The translations under genes and the position numbers were made by a program. The notes beneath the pieces are model-generated. The model saw only the letters and a list, made by a program, of their open reading frames with translations, had not been told where the DNA came from and did no database searches. This document shows, piece after piece, positions 37,783-47,670 of a stretch of DNA of 64,000 bases (position 1 is its first letter; each line of letters begins with the position of its first letter). This DNA is from Acidimicrobiia bacterium (GTDB taxonomy: Bacteria; Actinomycetota; Acidimicrobiia; Spongiisociales; UBA11373). The stretch spans positions 1,598 through 65,597 of the forward strand of contig JBBDWO010000030.1 in the NCBI GenBank assembly GCA_040902765.1. The letters run 5' to 3'.

Positions 37783-38703
37783 GTGTCTCTCGTGGAGTGG
37801 CTGGCCGTAGCCGGTGGGGTGATCGTGGTAGCCGTCGTGATTGCGTTGGTGCGCCGCGGCAGGGGATCCGAAGACTCGGGTGCCGCGGTGGCCGGTTCCG
37901 GCGATGCCGGCGACGATCGGCTTCGCCCCGCGGTGGCCGACTTTCGGGTGGCCGACGGTGCCGCCCGCGTCTACTTCGAGGTGCCGCTGTCCGATGGCGA
38001 CGACCCCGTGCTCGGCGAACTCCTGGGCCGTGAGGCCATCGAGGTGGTGCGAGAGAAGCGGCATCAGCTTCCGATCGACGACGTGACCCGGGTGGTGGCG
38101 TTCGGACGCCGCGGGACGGAGTGGGTGGAGGCGGCCCGCATCTCCCTGGACACCCCCGGGACCCTGCCGCCGCCGCTGATCCCCGAGGCTTTCGCCCACG
38201 CCCGTCGACCCGAATTGGATCTGTTCGACCGCTTCGTCGACCTGCCCGCACACGCTCCGGGCCTCGCCGACCGGGTTCGGGGTGAGGAGCTCGCCCCGCT
38301 CTCCTCCGAGTTGCGTTTCCCCGGCGTCGTCGCGGCCGGACTCCGATCCCAGGGCATCGACCCGGACAGCGCCTCGGCCGGCGACATCGTCCTCGGCGTG
38401 ATGCGGGTTGCCGGCTACCAGATCTCCGAGGCGGGAGCCGCCACCTACACGGCACTTCGCGGCGGCCAGCGCACCTTCGTGCGGGTGATCGGCCATGGGG
38501 CCGGTGAGCATCCCGAACTCGGAGAGCAGGCGATCCGCACCTTCGTCGTCGACTTCGGCTCCGCCGGTGCGGAGCGCGGCCTGCTCATCACCGAGAAGTA
38601 CGGACCCTTCGAGGTCTACGACCGCGAGCGTCGCGACAAGCGGGTGCGGTTCGTCACCAGAGAGCGTCTCCAGAGCTTTATCGATGCGCTCTCCGTGAGC
38701 TGA
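37783..38703 (+). CDS. hypothetical protein with an N-terminal TM anchor and no confidently recognisable domain
   Basis: An N-terminal hydrophobic helix LAVAGGVIVVAVVIALV and a long coding-like ORF. The C-terminal region faintly resembles restriction-endonuclease-like folds, which I did not verify. Confidence 0.35.
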   Translation: MSLVEWLAVAGGVIVVAVVIALVRRGRGSEDSGAAVAGSGDAGDDRLRPAVADFRVADGAARVYFEVPLSDGDDPVLGELLGREAIEVVREKRHQLPIDDVTRVVAFGRRGTEWVEAARISLDTPGTLPPPLIPEAFAHARRPELDLFDRFVDLPAHAPGLADRVRGEELAPLSSELRFPGVVAAGLRSQGIDPDSASAGDIVLGVMRVAGYQISEAGAATYTALRGGQRTFVRVIGHGAGEHPELGEQAIRTFVVDFGSAGAERGLLITEKYGPFEVYDRERRDKRVRFVTRERLQSFIDALSVS

Positions 38704-38719
38704 GCCACGGTCTCGTTTC

Positions 38720-38866
38720 CCTCCCCCGTAGGGGGAGGTGGCAGCGGCCGCAGGCCGATGACGGAGGGGGAGGCCAGACGCGTCGCGAGGCCTCCGTACG
38801 GTGCACCCTCCCCCCTCCCCTCCGGTCGCTCTGCTCCCTGCGGTTCTCCCCCCTTCGGGGGGAGAA
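38720..38866. terminator. cluster of C/G-homopolymer hairpins between convergent genes: CCTCCCCC-GTA-GGGGGAGG (38720-38738), long-range GGAGGGGGAGG / CCTCCCCCCTCCCCTCC arms, and TTCTCCCCCC-TTC-GGGGGGAGAA (38844-38866)
   Basis: Read from the sequence. These are plausible U-tract-less actinobacterial terminators for both strands. Confidence 0.4.
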
Positions 38867-38892
38867 AGGAATCCTGTGGGCTGTTGCCCGGC

Positions 38893-39585
38893 TCAGTCCT
38901 CATCGCGAACCGCAACCGACTCGTCCTCCGGGAATGACCCGGTGACGATGAAGGTGACGTGCTCGGCGACGTTGACGGCGTGGTCGGCGATGCGCTCCAT
39001 GTACCGGCCGACGCGGGAGAGTTCGACGGCGACGTCGAATCCGAGGTCCCCCGCCACCCGGGCGATCGCGGCGTAGAAGTCACCGACGAGTTCGTCGACG
39101 ACATCGTCCTCGCGGTCGAGCCGTGCTCCAGCGGCCGGGTCGAGGGTGTCGAAGGCGTCGAGGCCCTTGGTGAACAGATCGATCGATCCCCGACCCATCC
39201 GGGCGATCAGTCCGTGCAGCTCCTCGGGGAGGGTGTAGCCGTCCTGGTGGATCAACCCCTTGGCCATGTTGACCGCCAGGTCGCCGCTGCGTTCGATCTC
39301 GTAGAGGATCCGCGTCACCGACACCAGGAGGCGCAGGTCGCCGGCGACCGGCTGCTGTCGGGCCATGATCTCGAACACCCTGCGCTCCAGACCCGAGTAG
39401 AGCTCGTCGATCTCCCCGTCGGCCTCGACCACGCGGCGCGCCAGATCGACCTGGTTCTCGAGCATCGCCTCGGTGGCGCGTCGGGTGTTCTCGACCACCA
39501 GGGCACCCAGCTGCAGCGTCCCTCGTTTCACGGCTTCGAGGCTCTCGGCGTAGCGTGAGCGGGTCTCGTCGTGTTCCGGGGCCAT
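38893..39585 (-). CDS. phoU: phosphate signalling complex protein PhoU
   Basis: Two PhoU repeats with the conserved E/D-xxxD pattern (...ADGEIDELY..., ...REDDVVDEL...), downstream of pstB. Confidence 0.85.
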   Translation of the reverse strand: MAPEHDETRSRYAESLEAVKRGTLQLGALVVENTRRATEAMLENQVDLARRVVEADGEIDELYSGLERRVFEIMARQQPVAGDLRLLVSVTRILYEIERSGDLAVNMAKGLIHQDGYTLPEELHGLIARMGRGSIDLFTKGLDAFDTLDPAAGARLDREDDVVDELVGDFYAAIARVAGDLGFDVAVELSRVGRYMERIADHAVNVAEHVTFIVTGSFPEDESVAVRDED

Positions 39586-39599
39586 GGTCGGGTCCTCTC

Positions 39600-40487
39600 T
39601 CAGCCGAACCGGCCGGTGATGTAGTCCTCGGTCGCCTTGATCTTGGGTCTGGTGAAGAGCGTCGCGGTGTCGTCGAACTCGACGAGCCGTCCGGTTCGGC
39701 TCCCTTCGTCGGTCACATCCACCGTGAAGAAGGCGGTGCGGTCGCTGACGCGGGCTGCCTGCTGCATGTTATGGGTGACGATCAGGATCGTGTAGTCACG
39801 CTTGAGCTCGAACATGAGCTCCTCGATACGGAGCGTCGCAATCGGGTCGAGGGCCGAGCACGGCTCGTCCATGAGGACCACGTCGGGGCGGGTGGCGATG
39901 GCCCGGGCGATACAGAGGCGCTGCTGCTGACCACCCGACAGGGCCATCGCCGATTCGCCGAGCTTGTCCTTCACCTCCTCCCACAGGGCTGCCTGGCGTA
40001 GGGACTCCTCCACGAGACCGTCGAGGTCGTCGTCGCCGCCGAGCACCCGGGGGCCGAAGGCGACGTTGTCGTAGATCGACTTGGGGAACGGGTTGGGCTT
40101 CTGGAACACCATGCCGATCCGCCGGCGCACCTCGACGGGATCGACCCCGGGGCCGTAGAGGTCGACCCCGTGATACTCGACCACCCCGCTCACCCGGGCG
40201 ATCGGGATCAGGTCGTTCATCCGGTTGAGACAGCGCAGCACCGTCGACTTGCCGCAGCCGGACGGTCCGATCAGCGCGGTGATCTGGTTCTCCTGGAGGG
40301 CGAGGTCGACGTCGGCCACGGCCAGGAAGTCTCCGTAGTGGACCGACAGGCCCCGCACGTCGAGCATCACGGCGGCGTCGGGATTGGGCCTCGAGGCGCT
40401 GGTGGCCGTGGTCATGGTGGGCCGGTGGCCGGCGTCGATGCCCTCGGGGTCTGTCTGGTCCACGCTCGGGTCCTCCTCGTTGGTCAT
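39600..40487 (-). CDS. pstB: phosphate ABC transporter ATP-binding protein
   Basis: GPSGCGKST Walker [10 protein letters not shown] signature and PstB-specific length/C-terminus. The N-terminus has a roughly 35-aa extension. Confidence 0.9.
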   Translation of the reverse strand: MTNEEDPSVDQTDPEGIDAGHRPTMTTATSASRPNPDAAVMLDVRGLSVHYGDFLAVADVDLALQENQITALIGPSGCGKSTVLRCLNRMNDLIPIARVSGVVEYHGVDLYGPGVDPVEVRRRIGMVFQKPNPFPKSIYDNVAFGPRVLGGDDDLDGLVEESLRQAALWEEVKDKLGESAMALSGGQQQRLCIARAIATRPDVVLMDEPCSALDPIATLRIEELMFELKRDYTILIVTHNMQQAARVSDRTAFFTVDVTDEGSRTGRLVEFDDTATLFTRPKIKATEDYITGRFG

Positions 40488-40488
40488 G

Positions 40489-41430
40489 TCAATGCTCCCG
40501 GTACTTGGTCTCGAAGTGGTTTCGCAGCCAGACCGCGACCGAGTTCATCGCCAGCACGAGCACCAGCATGATGATGACGCCGGCGGCGGCGAGCACCCGG
40601 AACTCCTCCTGGGGTCTCGTCGAGTAGTTGTAGATGAGAACCGGCAGAGTCGTGTACCGGCTGGTGAAGGTGGGATCGAACGTGATGAAGTTCACGGCTC
40701 CCACCAGGAGCAGCGGGGCGGCCTCCCCGATGGCCCGGGCCACGGCGAGGATCACGCCGGTGAGGATCCCGGGGAGGGCGATCGGGAGCACCTGCCGCCG
40801 CGTGGTCTGCCACTGCGTCGCACCGAGGGCCATGGCTCCGTCCGAGATCGACGATGGGACCGCCTTGATGGCCTCGCGGGCCGCCAGGATCACGGTGGGG
40901 AGTACCAGCATGGCGACGGTGATGGATCCTGCGATGGCGACGAAACCGAGCCCCAGCGGTCCTCGGGCCACGAAGGCGAGGCCGAGGATGCCGAAGACGA
41001 TCGAGGGCACGCCGGCGAGGTTCTGGATGTTGAGCTCGATGAGTCGGTTCCACCAGCGGTCCTTTGAGGCGTACCGCTCCAGGTAGATGGCCGACCCGAC
41101 GCCGAGGGGCACGATCAGCATGATGACTCCGCTGATGACCCAGAGGGTGCCCAGGATCGCCGGTCGGTAGCCAGCGCCGCCGGGGTTGATCGTCGATGGT
41201 CCTTCGGTGAGGAGTGTCCAGCTGAGGCGCCCTCCGCCCTCGACGAACATGAAAACGATGAGGGAGAGCAGTCCGACCAGGGCGAACGAGAGCCCGACCA
41301 GCATGATCCCGAGGAACGCCGTGCTCGTGGCCCGACCGCGTCGGGTCCGTGCGGTCAGTGCAGCCATCGTGGCCGACCGGGCGCCCTCGGCCGCCCGGCG
41401 TACCCGGCGGGGGGTGGCGGTGGGGGGCAT
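40489..41430 (-). CDS. pstA: phosphate ABC transporter permease PstA
   Basis: PstA-type permease with the EAA-like loop and its position between pstC and pstB. Confidence 0.85.
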   Translation of the reverse strand: MPPTATPRRVRRAAEGARSATMAALTARTRRGRATSTAFLGIMLVGLSFALVGLLSLIVFMFVEGGGRLSWTLLTEGPSTINPGGAGYRPAILGTLWVISGVIMLIVPLGVGSAIYLERYASKDRWWNRLIELNIQNLAGVPSIVFGILGLAFVARGPLGLGFVAIAGSITVAMLVLPTVILAAREAIKAVPSSISDGAMALGATQWQTTRRQVLPIALPGILTGVILAVARAIGEAAPLLLVGAVNFITFDPTFTSRYTTLPVLIYNYSTRPQEEFRVLAAAGVIIMLVLVLAMNSVAVWLRNHFETKYREH

Positions 41431-42386
41431 CAGTCGTACAACTCCCGGAAGCGGCGGACGAATCGGATGGCGATCGTGTTGAGGATGAGGGTGGCGGTGA
41501 AGAGAAGGGTGCCGACGGCGAATAGCGTGTCGTAGGCGAGGGTCCCCACCGGGATGTCGCCGGTCGCCCTCCCGGCGATGTAGGCGGTCATCGTCTGGAC
41601 CCCCTCGGTGAGATCGAAGGACAGCCTGGGGTTGCCGGCACCGGCGGCAATGAGCACCACCATCGTCTCGCCTACGGCCCGGGAACCGGCGAGCACGATC
41701 GCGGCGACGATGCCGGAGATCGCTGCCGGGAAGACGACCCGGAGAGACACGGCGAGCTTGCCCGAACCCAGGGCGTAGGCCCCCTCTCGCAGCGCTCGGG
41801 GTACTGCTCGCATGGCGTCGTCGGCGATCGAGGCCACGAGCGGCACGATGAGCAGCCCGACGGCGACGCCGGCCACGCCGACCGAGAAGGGGGATCGCCA
41901 GTCGCCGAGAAAGGGGAACAGGTTCTTGATCAGGGGGTGGAGGAACCAGAAGGCGAACAGGCCAATGGCCACGGTGGGGATTCCCTCGAGCACTTCGAGC
42001 GCCGGCTTGATCACGCGACGAACCTTCGGTGATGCATACTCGGACAGGTAGATCGCCGACAGCAGCCCTACCGGGATGGCCACCGTGAGGGACACGACGA
42101 GGATGATCCCGGTCCCCACCACGATGGGGAGCACGCCGAAGGAGGGCGTGGCGAACGACGGCGCCCAGGTGGTCCCGGTGAGGAACTCACCGATCGGCAC
42201 CTGGCCGAGGAACGAGATGGTCGGCCCGATCATCGAGAGCACGATGCCCATCGTGATCACGACCGACAGGGCCGCACACAGGAAGAGGAGACCCCTGATC
42301 ACGGTCTCCCCGTACCGGGACCCGGAGGGAACCAGGGGCCGGCGTGTTCCCACGCCGGCCCCTGGTTCGTCGCTGCCTCTGGTCAT
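41430..42386 (-). CDS. pstC: phosphate ABC transporter permease PstC
   Basis: PstC-type permease (GPTISFLGQV...EFLTGTTW). Confidence 0.85.
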   Translation of the reverse strand: MTRGSDEPGAGVGTRRPLVPSGSRYGETVIRGLLFLCAALSVVITMGIVLSMIGPTISFLGQVPIGEFLTGTTWAPSFATPSFGVLPIVVGTGIILVVSLTVAIPVGLLSAIYLSEYASPKVRRVIKPALEVLEGIPTVAIGLFAFWFLHPLIKNLFPFLGDWRSPFSVGVAGVAVGLLIVPLVASIADDAMRAVPRALREGAYALGSGKLAVSLRVVFPAAISGIVAAIVLAGSRAVGETMVVLIAAGAGNPRLSFDLTEGVQTMTAYIAGRATGDIPVGTLAYDTLFAVGTLLFTATLILNTIAIRFVRRFRELYD

Positions 42387-43336
42387 CCGCCGACGAGGTT
42401 AGCGACGCGCTGCCGGGCCTCTTCCTGCTGCTCGGGAGTCATCGGCACGAACTCGGCGAGTTCGGCGATGTGCAGGGCGTTCTCCACGTAGAACTCGGCG
42501 AAGGCGAGCACCTCCGGCCGGGCGAGCGCCGAATTGCTGAAGTAGACGAACAGCGGGCGTCCGAGCGGCTGATACGTCCCGTTGCGTACGTTCTCCGGGG
42601 TCGGCTCGACGCACCCGTTGCCGCCGTCTATGGCCAGACCCTTCACATCCGCCAGGACCTCCTGGTAGTAGGAGAAGGGGATATAGCCGGTGGCGCCGCG
42701 GTCGGTCTGGATGGCCCGCACTGCGGCGAGGTCGTCCTCGCCGATGTCGTTGTAGTCGGTCCGGATCTGACCGACCTCCCCCATGATCGACTCCGTGAAG
42801 AAGTCGAACGTGCCCGAGTCGGTGCCAGGCCCGTACGGGCGGAGGGGTTCGTTGGCCCACTCGTCGGGCAGGTCGAGACCGTCGACCTCTCCCCAGATGT
42901 TGACCGTGGACCCGAAGTCCCAGATCTGGCGGACCTGCTCGACGGTCAGGCACTCGATAGGCAGGTCGTTGTTGACCAGGATCGTGAGAGCGTCGTTGGC
43001 GAACTGAACGAAGTCGTACTCGATGTCGTTCGAGGTGCACAGTTCCATCTCGCTCTCGGAGATCTGCCGCGACGAGTCGTTGCCGTCCGTCTCACCGATA
43101 CAGAACTTCTGGAACCCGCCTCCGGTGCCCGAGATGGCCACCGTGACGCGAACGTCCGGGTTCTCCTCCATGAACAGCTCGGCGGCGACTTCCGTGAGCG
43201 GTCCGACGGTCGATGATCCGTCGATGAGGACGTCTCCGCTGAGTCCGTCGCCATCTCCGGAGCGCCCACCACAGGCCGCCGCGGTGAGGAGCACTGCCAG
43301 TGTGACGGCACTCAGCCGCCTCGATGATCGTGTCAT
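42383..43336 (-). CDS. pstS: phosphate-binding lipoprotein PstS
   Basis: The PBP-superfamily phosphate-binding motifs ([14 protein letters not shown]) and a lipobox LTAAAC. I chose ATG 43336, with AGGAAGGAA upstream. The ORF-table start at 43369 adds [11 protein letters not shown]. Confidence 0.8.
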   Translation of the reverse strand: MTRSSRRLSAVTLAVLLTAAACGGRSGDGDGLSGDVLIDGSSTVGPLTEVAAELFMEENPDVRVTVAISGTGGGFQKFCIGETDGNDSSRQISESEMELCTSNDIEYDFVQFANDALTILVNNDLPIECLTVEQVRQIWDFGSTVNIWGEVDGLDLPDEWANEPLRPYGPGTDSGTFDFFTESIMGEVGQIRTDYNDIGEDDLAAVRAIQTDRGATGYIPFSYYQEVLADVKGLAIDGGNGCVEPTPENVRNGTYQPLGRPLFVYFSNSALARPEVLAFAEFYVENALHIAELAEFVPMTPEQQEEARQRVANLVGG

Positions 43337-43397
43337 GGGTTCCTTCCTCATTTCGTGATGCTCATGCATGTGTCGCCGGGGACGCTACGGAGCGGCG

Positions 43398-43436
43398 GTG
43401 AAGCCGACGGGACGGGTGCGTGACGCCGGCGTGAAC
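43398..43436. promoter_or_regulatory. PHO-box-like direct repeats GTGAAG / GTGAC / GTGAAC at 22- and 11-bp centre spacing, in the divergent pstS / senX3 intergenic region
   Basis: The hexamers GTGAAC/GTTCAC resemble the actinobacterial PhoP/RegX3 direct-repeat core, and the spacing is helical-periodic. This is inferred and untested. Confidence 0.35.
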
Positions 43437-43475
43437 TCTTGATCTCCTGCTGCTGTGTGGACGCGGGCTGCTCCT

Positions 43476-44708
43476 ATGCTCGGCGTCGTGGACACCGGCA
43501 CCGTGATCGCCGTGGTGGTCGCCGCGACGACGTCGATCGTGGTGGTCCTCCTCTGGATCACCCACCGCCGGAGCGCCGCGGCCGTCGATGACGCCCTGCG
43601 GCGGGTCAGCGGTTCCGTGCCGCGCAAGCGGCGTGCCAGCGCCCTGGCGTCCGCCTTGGACGCCTTGGAACGCTCCACCGCGTCGGCACAGCGCGAGCGC
43701 GGTCGGCTCGCCGGAGCGGTACATCTGGCGCCGCTAGGCATCCTCATCACCGACGACAGCGGGGGCGTCATCAGCGCCAACCCCGCGGCGGAGCGGTTCC
43801 TCGGGTCGAGGCTGGGCGAGGCCGTCGCCGAAGTTCGCGTCCGTCAGGCAGTGGAGAAGGCGGTCGTCACCCGGCGCGCCGTCGAGGTCGAGGTCGAGCT
43901 GTACACGCCGGTTCGCAGCATCATCGAGGTGACGGCCGTTCCCCTCGACTTCGGCGTGGAGAGCATCGGCGCGGTCGCCTTCATCGTCGACGTCACCGAG
44001 GAGCGACGGGTGCTCGCCATGCGGCGTGACTTCATCGCCAACGTCAGCCATGAGCTCAAGACCCCGCTGGCGGCCCTCGCCGTCCTCGCCGAGACCCTCG
44101 CCGCCGGGGTGGGGGATCCGGTCACCGCCACGGCACTGGCCGGCCGGGTCGAGGCCGAGGCGCATCGTCTTGCCGAGCTCGTCGACGACATCCTGGACCT
44201 GTCCCAGGCCGAGGCGGCCGAGGTTCGGCATCGACCGGTGCCGATCGCCGCCGTGATGGGCGAGATCGAGACCCAGTTCGCCGACCTGGCAGCCGATCGC
44301 GGGGTGTCTCTCGTCGTCGATCCCGTCCCCGAGGAGGCGCTGGTGAGCGGCGATCGGCGTCAGCTGCGAGCCATGGTCGCCAACCTGGTCGACAACGCCA
44401 TCAAGTACTCGGCGACCGGCGGGAGTCGGGAGGCGGAGGTGCGTGTTCATGTTGTCGTCGATCGTGGCCGGGTTCGGATCGCGGTGACCGACGAGGGGAT
44501 CGGAGTCTCCGAGGCCCATCTCGACCGCATCTTCGAGCGCTTCTACCGGGTGGACCGGGCGCGCAGCCGGCAGACCGGTGGCACGGGCCTCGGCCTCTCC
44601 ATCGTGCGGCACATCGCCCGGACTCACCGCGGAGATGTCACGGTGATCAGCACCGAGGGTGTCGGGTCCACGTTCACCGTGGACCTGCCGCGGTGGGAGG
44701 GCGAATGA
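43476..44708 (+). CDS. senX3: sensor histidine kinase SenX3/PhoR-like
   Basis: TM helix, PAS-like region, HisKA (NVSHELKTPL), and HATPase (DNAIKYS...GTGLGLSIV). ATG 43476. Paired with the downstream OmpR-family regulator and adjacent to the pst operon. Confidence 0.75.
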   Translation: MLGVVDTGTVIAVVVAATTSIVVVLLWITHRRSAAAVDDALRRVSGSVPRKRRASALASALDALERSTASAQRERGRLAGAVHLAPLGILITDDSGGVISANPAAERFLGSRLGEAVAEVRVRQAVEKAVVTRRAVEVEVELYTPVRSIIEVTAVPLDFGVESIGAVAFIVDVTEERRVLAMRRDFIANVSHELKTPLAALAVLAETLAAGVGDPVTATALAGRVEAEAHRLAELVDDILDLSQAEAAEVRHRPVPIAAVMGEIETQFADLAADRGVSLVVDPVPEEALVSGDRRQLRAMVANLVDNAIKYSATGGSREAEVRVHVVVDRGRVRIAVTDEGIGVSEAHLDRIFERFYRVDRARSRQTGGTGLGLSIVRHIARTHRGDVTVISTEGVGSTFTVDLPRWEGE

Positions 44709-45397
44709 CTCGCGTCCTCATCATCGAGGACGAGCCGTCCTTCGTCGACGCCCTGACCGTAGCGCTCGACCGTGAAGGGTTCGAGGTGTCGGCCGCCTCC
44801 GACGGGAAGGTCGGGCTCCAGGCGTTTCGTCGTGACCCGGTCGACATCGTGCTCCTCGACCTGATGCTTCCCGGCATGTCCGGACTCGACGTGTTGCGGG
44901 GGATCCGTAGCACTTCGGCCGTTCCGGTGATCGTCGTCAGCGCCAAGGATGCTGAGGCCGATGTCGTCACTGCCCTCGAGATCGGGGCCGACGATTACGT
45001 GACCAAGCCCTACTCGGTGCGGGAACTGATCGCCCGGATCCGAGCGGCATCGCGACGGGCGACGCCACAGGCCGACGACTCGGTCTGCACCGTCGGGACC
45101 GCCACACTCGACCTGGGAGCGATGCGTCTCACCGTCGGGGACCGAGGCGACGACCTCCCCAAGAAGGAATTTGAGGTCCTGGCGATGCTGATGCGCCAGG
45201 TGGGACGGGTGGTGTCCAGGGAGGACCTCCTCGACGAGATCTGGGGATACGCCTGGCTGTCCGAGACCCGCACCCTCGACCAGCACATCCGCCGATTGCG
45301 TCGCCGCCTGGAAGTGGATCCGGGAGCCCCCCGCATCGAGACGGTGCGCGGCGTTGGCTACCGGCTCACGGCTCCGCCGGTAACCGGTAACGGGTAA
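44705..45397 (+). CDS. regX3: OmpR-family response regulator RegX3/PhoP-like
   Basis: REC (LIIEDE...LLDLMLPGMSG) plus a winged-helix trans_reg_C domain. ATG 44705 overlaps the senX3 stop. The C-terminal PVTGNG and the TAA stop are encoded by (CGGTAAC)x3. Confidence 0.8.
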   Translation: MTRVLIIEDEPSFVDALTVALDREGFEVSAASDGKVGLQAFRRDPVDIVLLDLMLPGMSGLDVLRGIRSTSAVPVIVVSAKDAEADVVTALEIGADDYVTKPYSVRELIARIRAASRRATPQADDSVCTVGTATLDLGAMRLTVGDRGDDLPKKEFEVLAMLMRQVGRVVSREDLLDEIWGYAWLSETRTLDQHIRRLRRRLEVDPGAPRIETVRGVGYRLTAPPVTGNG

Positions 45398-45398
45398 C
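45378..45398. repeat. (CGGTAAC)x2 plus GGGTAAC. The regX3 TAA (45395-45397) and the TAG of the convergent peroxiredoxin gene (complement of 45398-45400) abut within GGGTAACTAGG.
   Basis: Read from the sequence. Confidence 0.85.
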
Positions 45399-45859
45399 TA
45401 GGAGAGGCGCCCCAGCGCCTCCACGTAGGCGTCGAACTCGCGGGCATTGGCGCGGCTGTCGGTGGCGATGATGTCACGCACGATCCCCCCCTCATCGAGC
45501 ACGAACGTGCTCCGGTTTGCGGCTCCCACCGCCTCGTCGAACGTCCCGTAGGCAGCGGTGACCGCCCCGTGGGGCCAGAAGTCCGACAGCACCGGGAAAC
45601 CGAAGCCGTTCTGGTCCGACCAGGCCTTGTTCGCTGGCAGGGTGTCGGTGGTGATGGCGACCACGTTGGCGTCGAGGTCGTCGAGCTCGGACAGGCGATC
45701 CCTGATCGCACAGAGCTCCCCCTCACAGGTCCCGGTGAACGGGAAGGGGATGAACACGACCAGCGTCTTGCGGCCCGTGAGATCGTCGAGGCTCACGAGC
45801 TCGCGGTCGACGTTTCGCAGGGAGAACGGAGGTGCCGGCTGGCCGATCTCGACGGTCAT
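45398..45859 (-). CDS. peroxiredoxin (AhpE/Bcp-like thiol peroxidase)
   Basis: Thioredoxin fold with the peroxidatic Cys context PFPFTGTCEGE and the PAPPFSL N-terminal motif (153 aa). Confidence 0.7.
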   Translation of the reverse strand: MTVEIGQPAPPFSLRNVDRELVSLDDLTGRKTLVVFIPFPFTGTCEGELCAIRDRLSELDDLDANVVAITTDTLPANKAWSDQNGFGFPVLSDFWPHGAVTAAYGTFDEAVGAANRSTFVLDEGGIVRDIIATDSRANAREFDAYVEALGRLS

Positions 45860-45972
45860 GGAGAGGTCCCTTCAGACGCTTGGAACAGCATCGTATCGGT
45901 CCGGTGGGAGTCTCCGACCTCTCAGGAGCCGATCGCCTCAAGAGCCGACCGCCCGAGTCCGATAGGAAAGTG

Positions 45973-47577
45973 ATGAGCGAAACGATCGTGCTGTCGCCGC
46001 GCCCGGTGGCGACCGACATCCCGACCCTGATCCGTCTGCGCCGCCGGACCATGGCGGCCCTGACGGTCGTGCTCGTCGTCGTCATCCTGGTGATCTGCGT
46101 CGTCGCCGCCGTGTCGGCGACACCCCGGCTCTTCGTATGGGCGGCCGTCGGGATCGCCACTGCCATTCTGCTCGTGGTTCAGATCAGGGCGGGCTCCGAC
46201 GACCTTCGCCCGGTCGCCGTGCTCCATGCGGCAGCGGCTCCTTTCATCGTCGCGCTGGCACCCTCCGGGTCGATACCGGGGGTGCTCACCGCTCTCGTCA
46301 TGTCCGCGGTCCTGGTGTTCTCCATCTCGGCTCGGACCCGCCTCACCGGCATCACCGGTGCGGCGGTACTCGCCACCTACGGCTTCGTGGCGTACACCCG
46401 GACGAGCGGCCCTGGCGGCCTCGTCGGCGCTGCCGCTCTCGTCGGTGCCGCCGCCGTGGCGTGGAGGGTGCTCGACGGCCTGGTGGGGGAGCTCCGGGAG
46501 GGGGAGGACTCGTATCGGCACCTGTTCGACCGGGTTCCGGTCGGCTTGTACCGGACGGCACTGAGCGGTGAGATTCTCGACGCCAACCATGCCCTCGGCC
46601 AGATCCTGGGCTACTCCCGCCACGAGGTGATCGGCGTCAATGCGCGAGATTTGCTCGAGGATCCCGAGGACCTCGGGCGTCTCCGATCGAAGCTCGGCGG
46701 TGATGTCGACCAGTTGACCACCGACGTGCGGTTCCGCAGAGCCGACGGAGAGCTCATCTGGATCCGGGACCGTACTCGGTTGGTCCTCGATCAGGATGGC
46801 CAGATTCTCTGTTTCGAGGGAGAGTTGCAGGACGTCACCGAGGAGCGGCGGCACCTCGAGGAGCTCGAGTCGCTGGTGAAGTCCAAGTCGGAGTTGATCG
46901 GCGCGGTGAGCCACGAGATCCGCACGCCGCTGACCGCAGTCGTCGAGTTCCTCGATCTGGTGCTCGACGGGTCGAGGCGTCTCGATCCCGAGCACGGGGA
47001 ACTGCTGGCGATGGCCTCGGAGCAGGCCTATGACGTCGCCGGGATCGTCGAGGACCTGTTGACCGCCGCTCGCATCGACAACCGCGAACTCGTCGTCCAC
47101 ATGGAGTCCGTCGACGTGCGCGCCGCCATCGACGCAGCCGTCAGGTCGCTGGGTGTAGCCGGCTCCGATGACTTCAGCGTCGACGTCGGGTCAGGGCTCG
47201 CGGTGATGGCTGACGGGGGACGCGTCCGCCAGATCGTGCGGAACCTGGCGGTGAATGCGACCCGGTACGGCGTGCCACCGATCCGGGTCTCGGCCCAGGC
47301 GACACCGGACGGCGTCGAGATCGTCGTCGCCGACCGGGGGACGGCCATTCCGACCGCCGTGGCCGATCGGATCTTCGAAGCCTTCTACTCGGGTGCGCCT
47401 GGATCGAGCCAGCCCGGCTCGATCGGTCTCGGTCTGTCGGTGTCACGACGCCTTGCCCGGCTCCTGGGGGGCGCTCTGGATCACCGTCGAGTCGACGGAG
47501 AAACCCAGTTCGTCCTCAGCCTTCAGGCGGCCTCCCAGCACGACTACGCCACGAGCACTGCAGCAGCAGCCAAATAG
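45973..47577 (+). CDS. membrane-anchored PAS-domain sensor histidine kinase (orphan)
   Basis: About 6 N-terminal TM helices, PAS (YRHLFDRVPVGLYRT...), HisKA (VSHEIRTPLTAV) and HATPase (NLAVNATRYG...GSIGLGLSV). I chose ATG 45973. The TAG stop is immediately followed by (CTACCGG)n. Confidence 0.7.
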   Translation: MSETIVLSPRPVATDIPTLIRLRRRTMAALTVVLVVVILVICVVAAVSATPRLFVWAAVGIATAILLVVQIRAGSDDLRPVAVLHAAAAPFIVALAPSGSIPGVLTALVMSAVLVFSISARTRLTGITGAAVLATYGFVAYTRTSGPGGLVGAAALVGAAAVAWRVLDGLVGELREGEDSYRHLFDRVPVGLYRTALSGEILDANHALGQILGYSRHEVIGVNARDLLEDPEDLGRLRSKLGGDVDQLTTDVRFRRADGELIWIRDRTRLVLDQDGQILCFEGELQDVTEERRHLEELESLVKSKSELIGAVSHEIRTPLTAVVEFLDLVLDGSRRLDPEHGELLAMASEQAYDVAGIVEDLLTAARIDNRELVVHMESVDVRAAIDAAVRSLGVAGSDDFSVDVGSGLAVMADGGRVRQIVRNLAVNATRYGVPPIRVSAQATPDGVEIVVADRGTAIPTAVADRIFEAFYSGAPGSSQPGSIGLGLSVSRRLARLLGGALDHRRVDGETQFVLSLQAASQHDYATSTAAAAK

Positions 47578-47661
47578 CTACCGGCTACCGGCTACCGGCT
47601 AACAGCTACCAGCTACCGGCTACCGGCTACCAGTCAGACTCCGGTTGACGGTTGACGGTTG
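47578..47661. repeat. (CTACCGG)x3, CTAACAG, CTACCAG, (CTACCGG)x2, CTACCAG, then (CGGTTGA)x3, between convergent genes
   Basis: Read from the sequence. Confidence 0.85.
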
Positions 47662-47670
47662 ACGGCCAGC

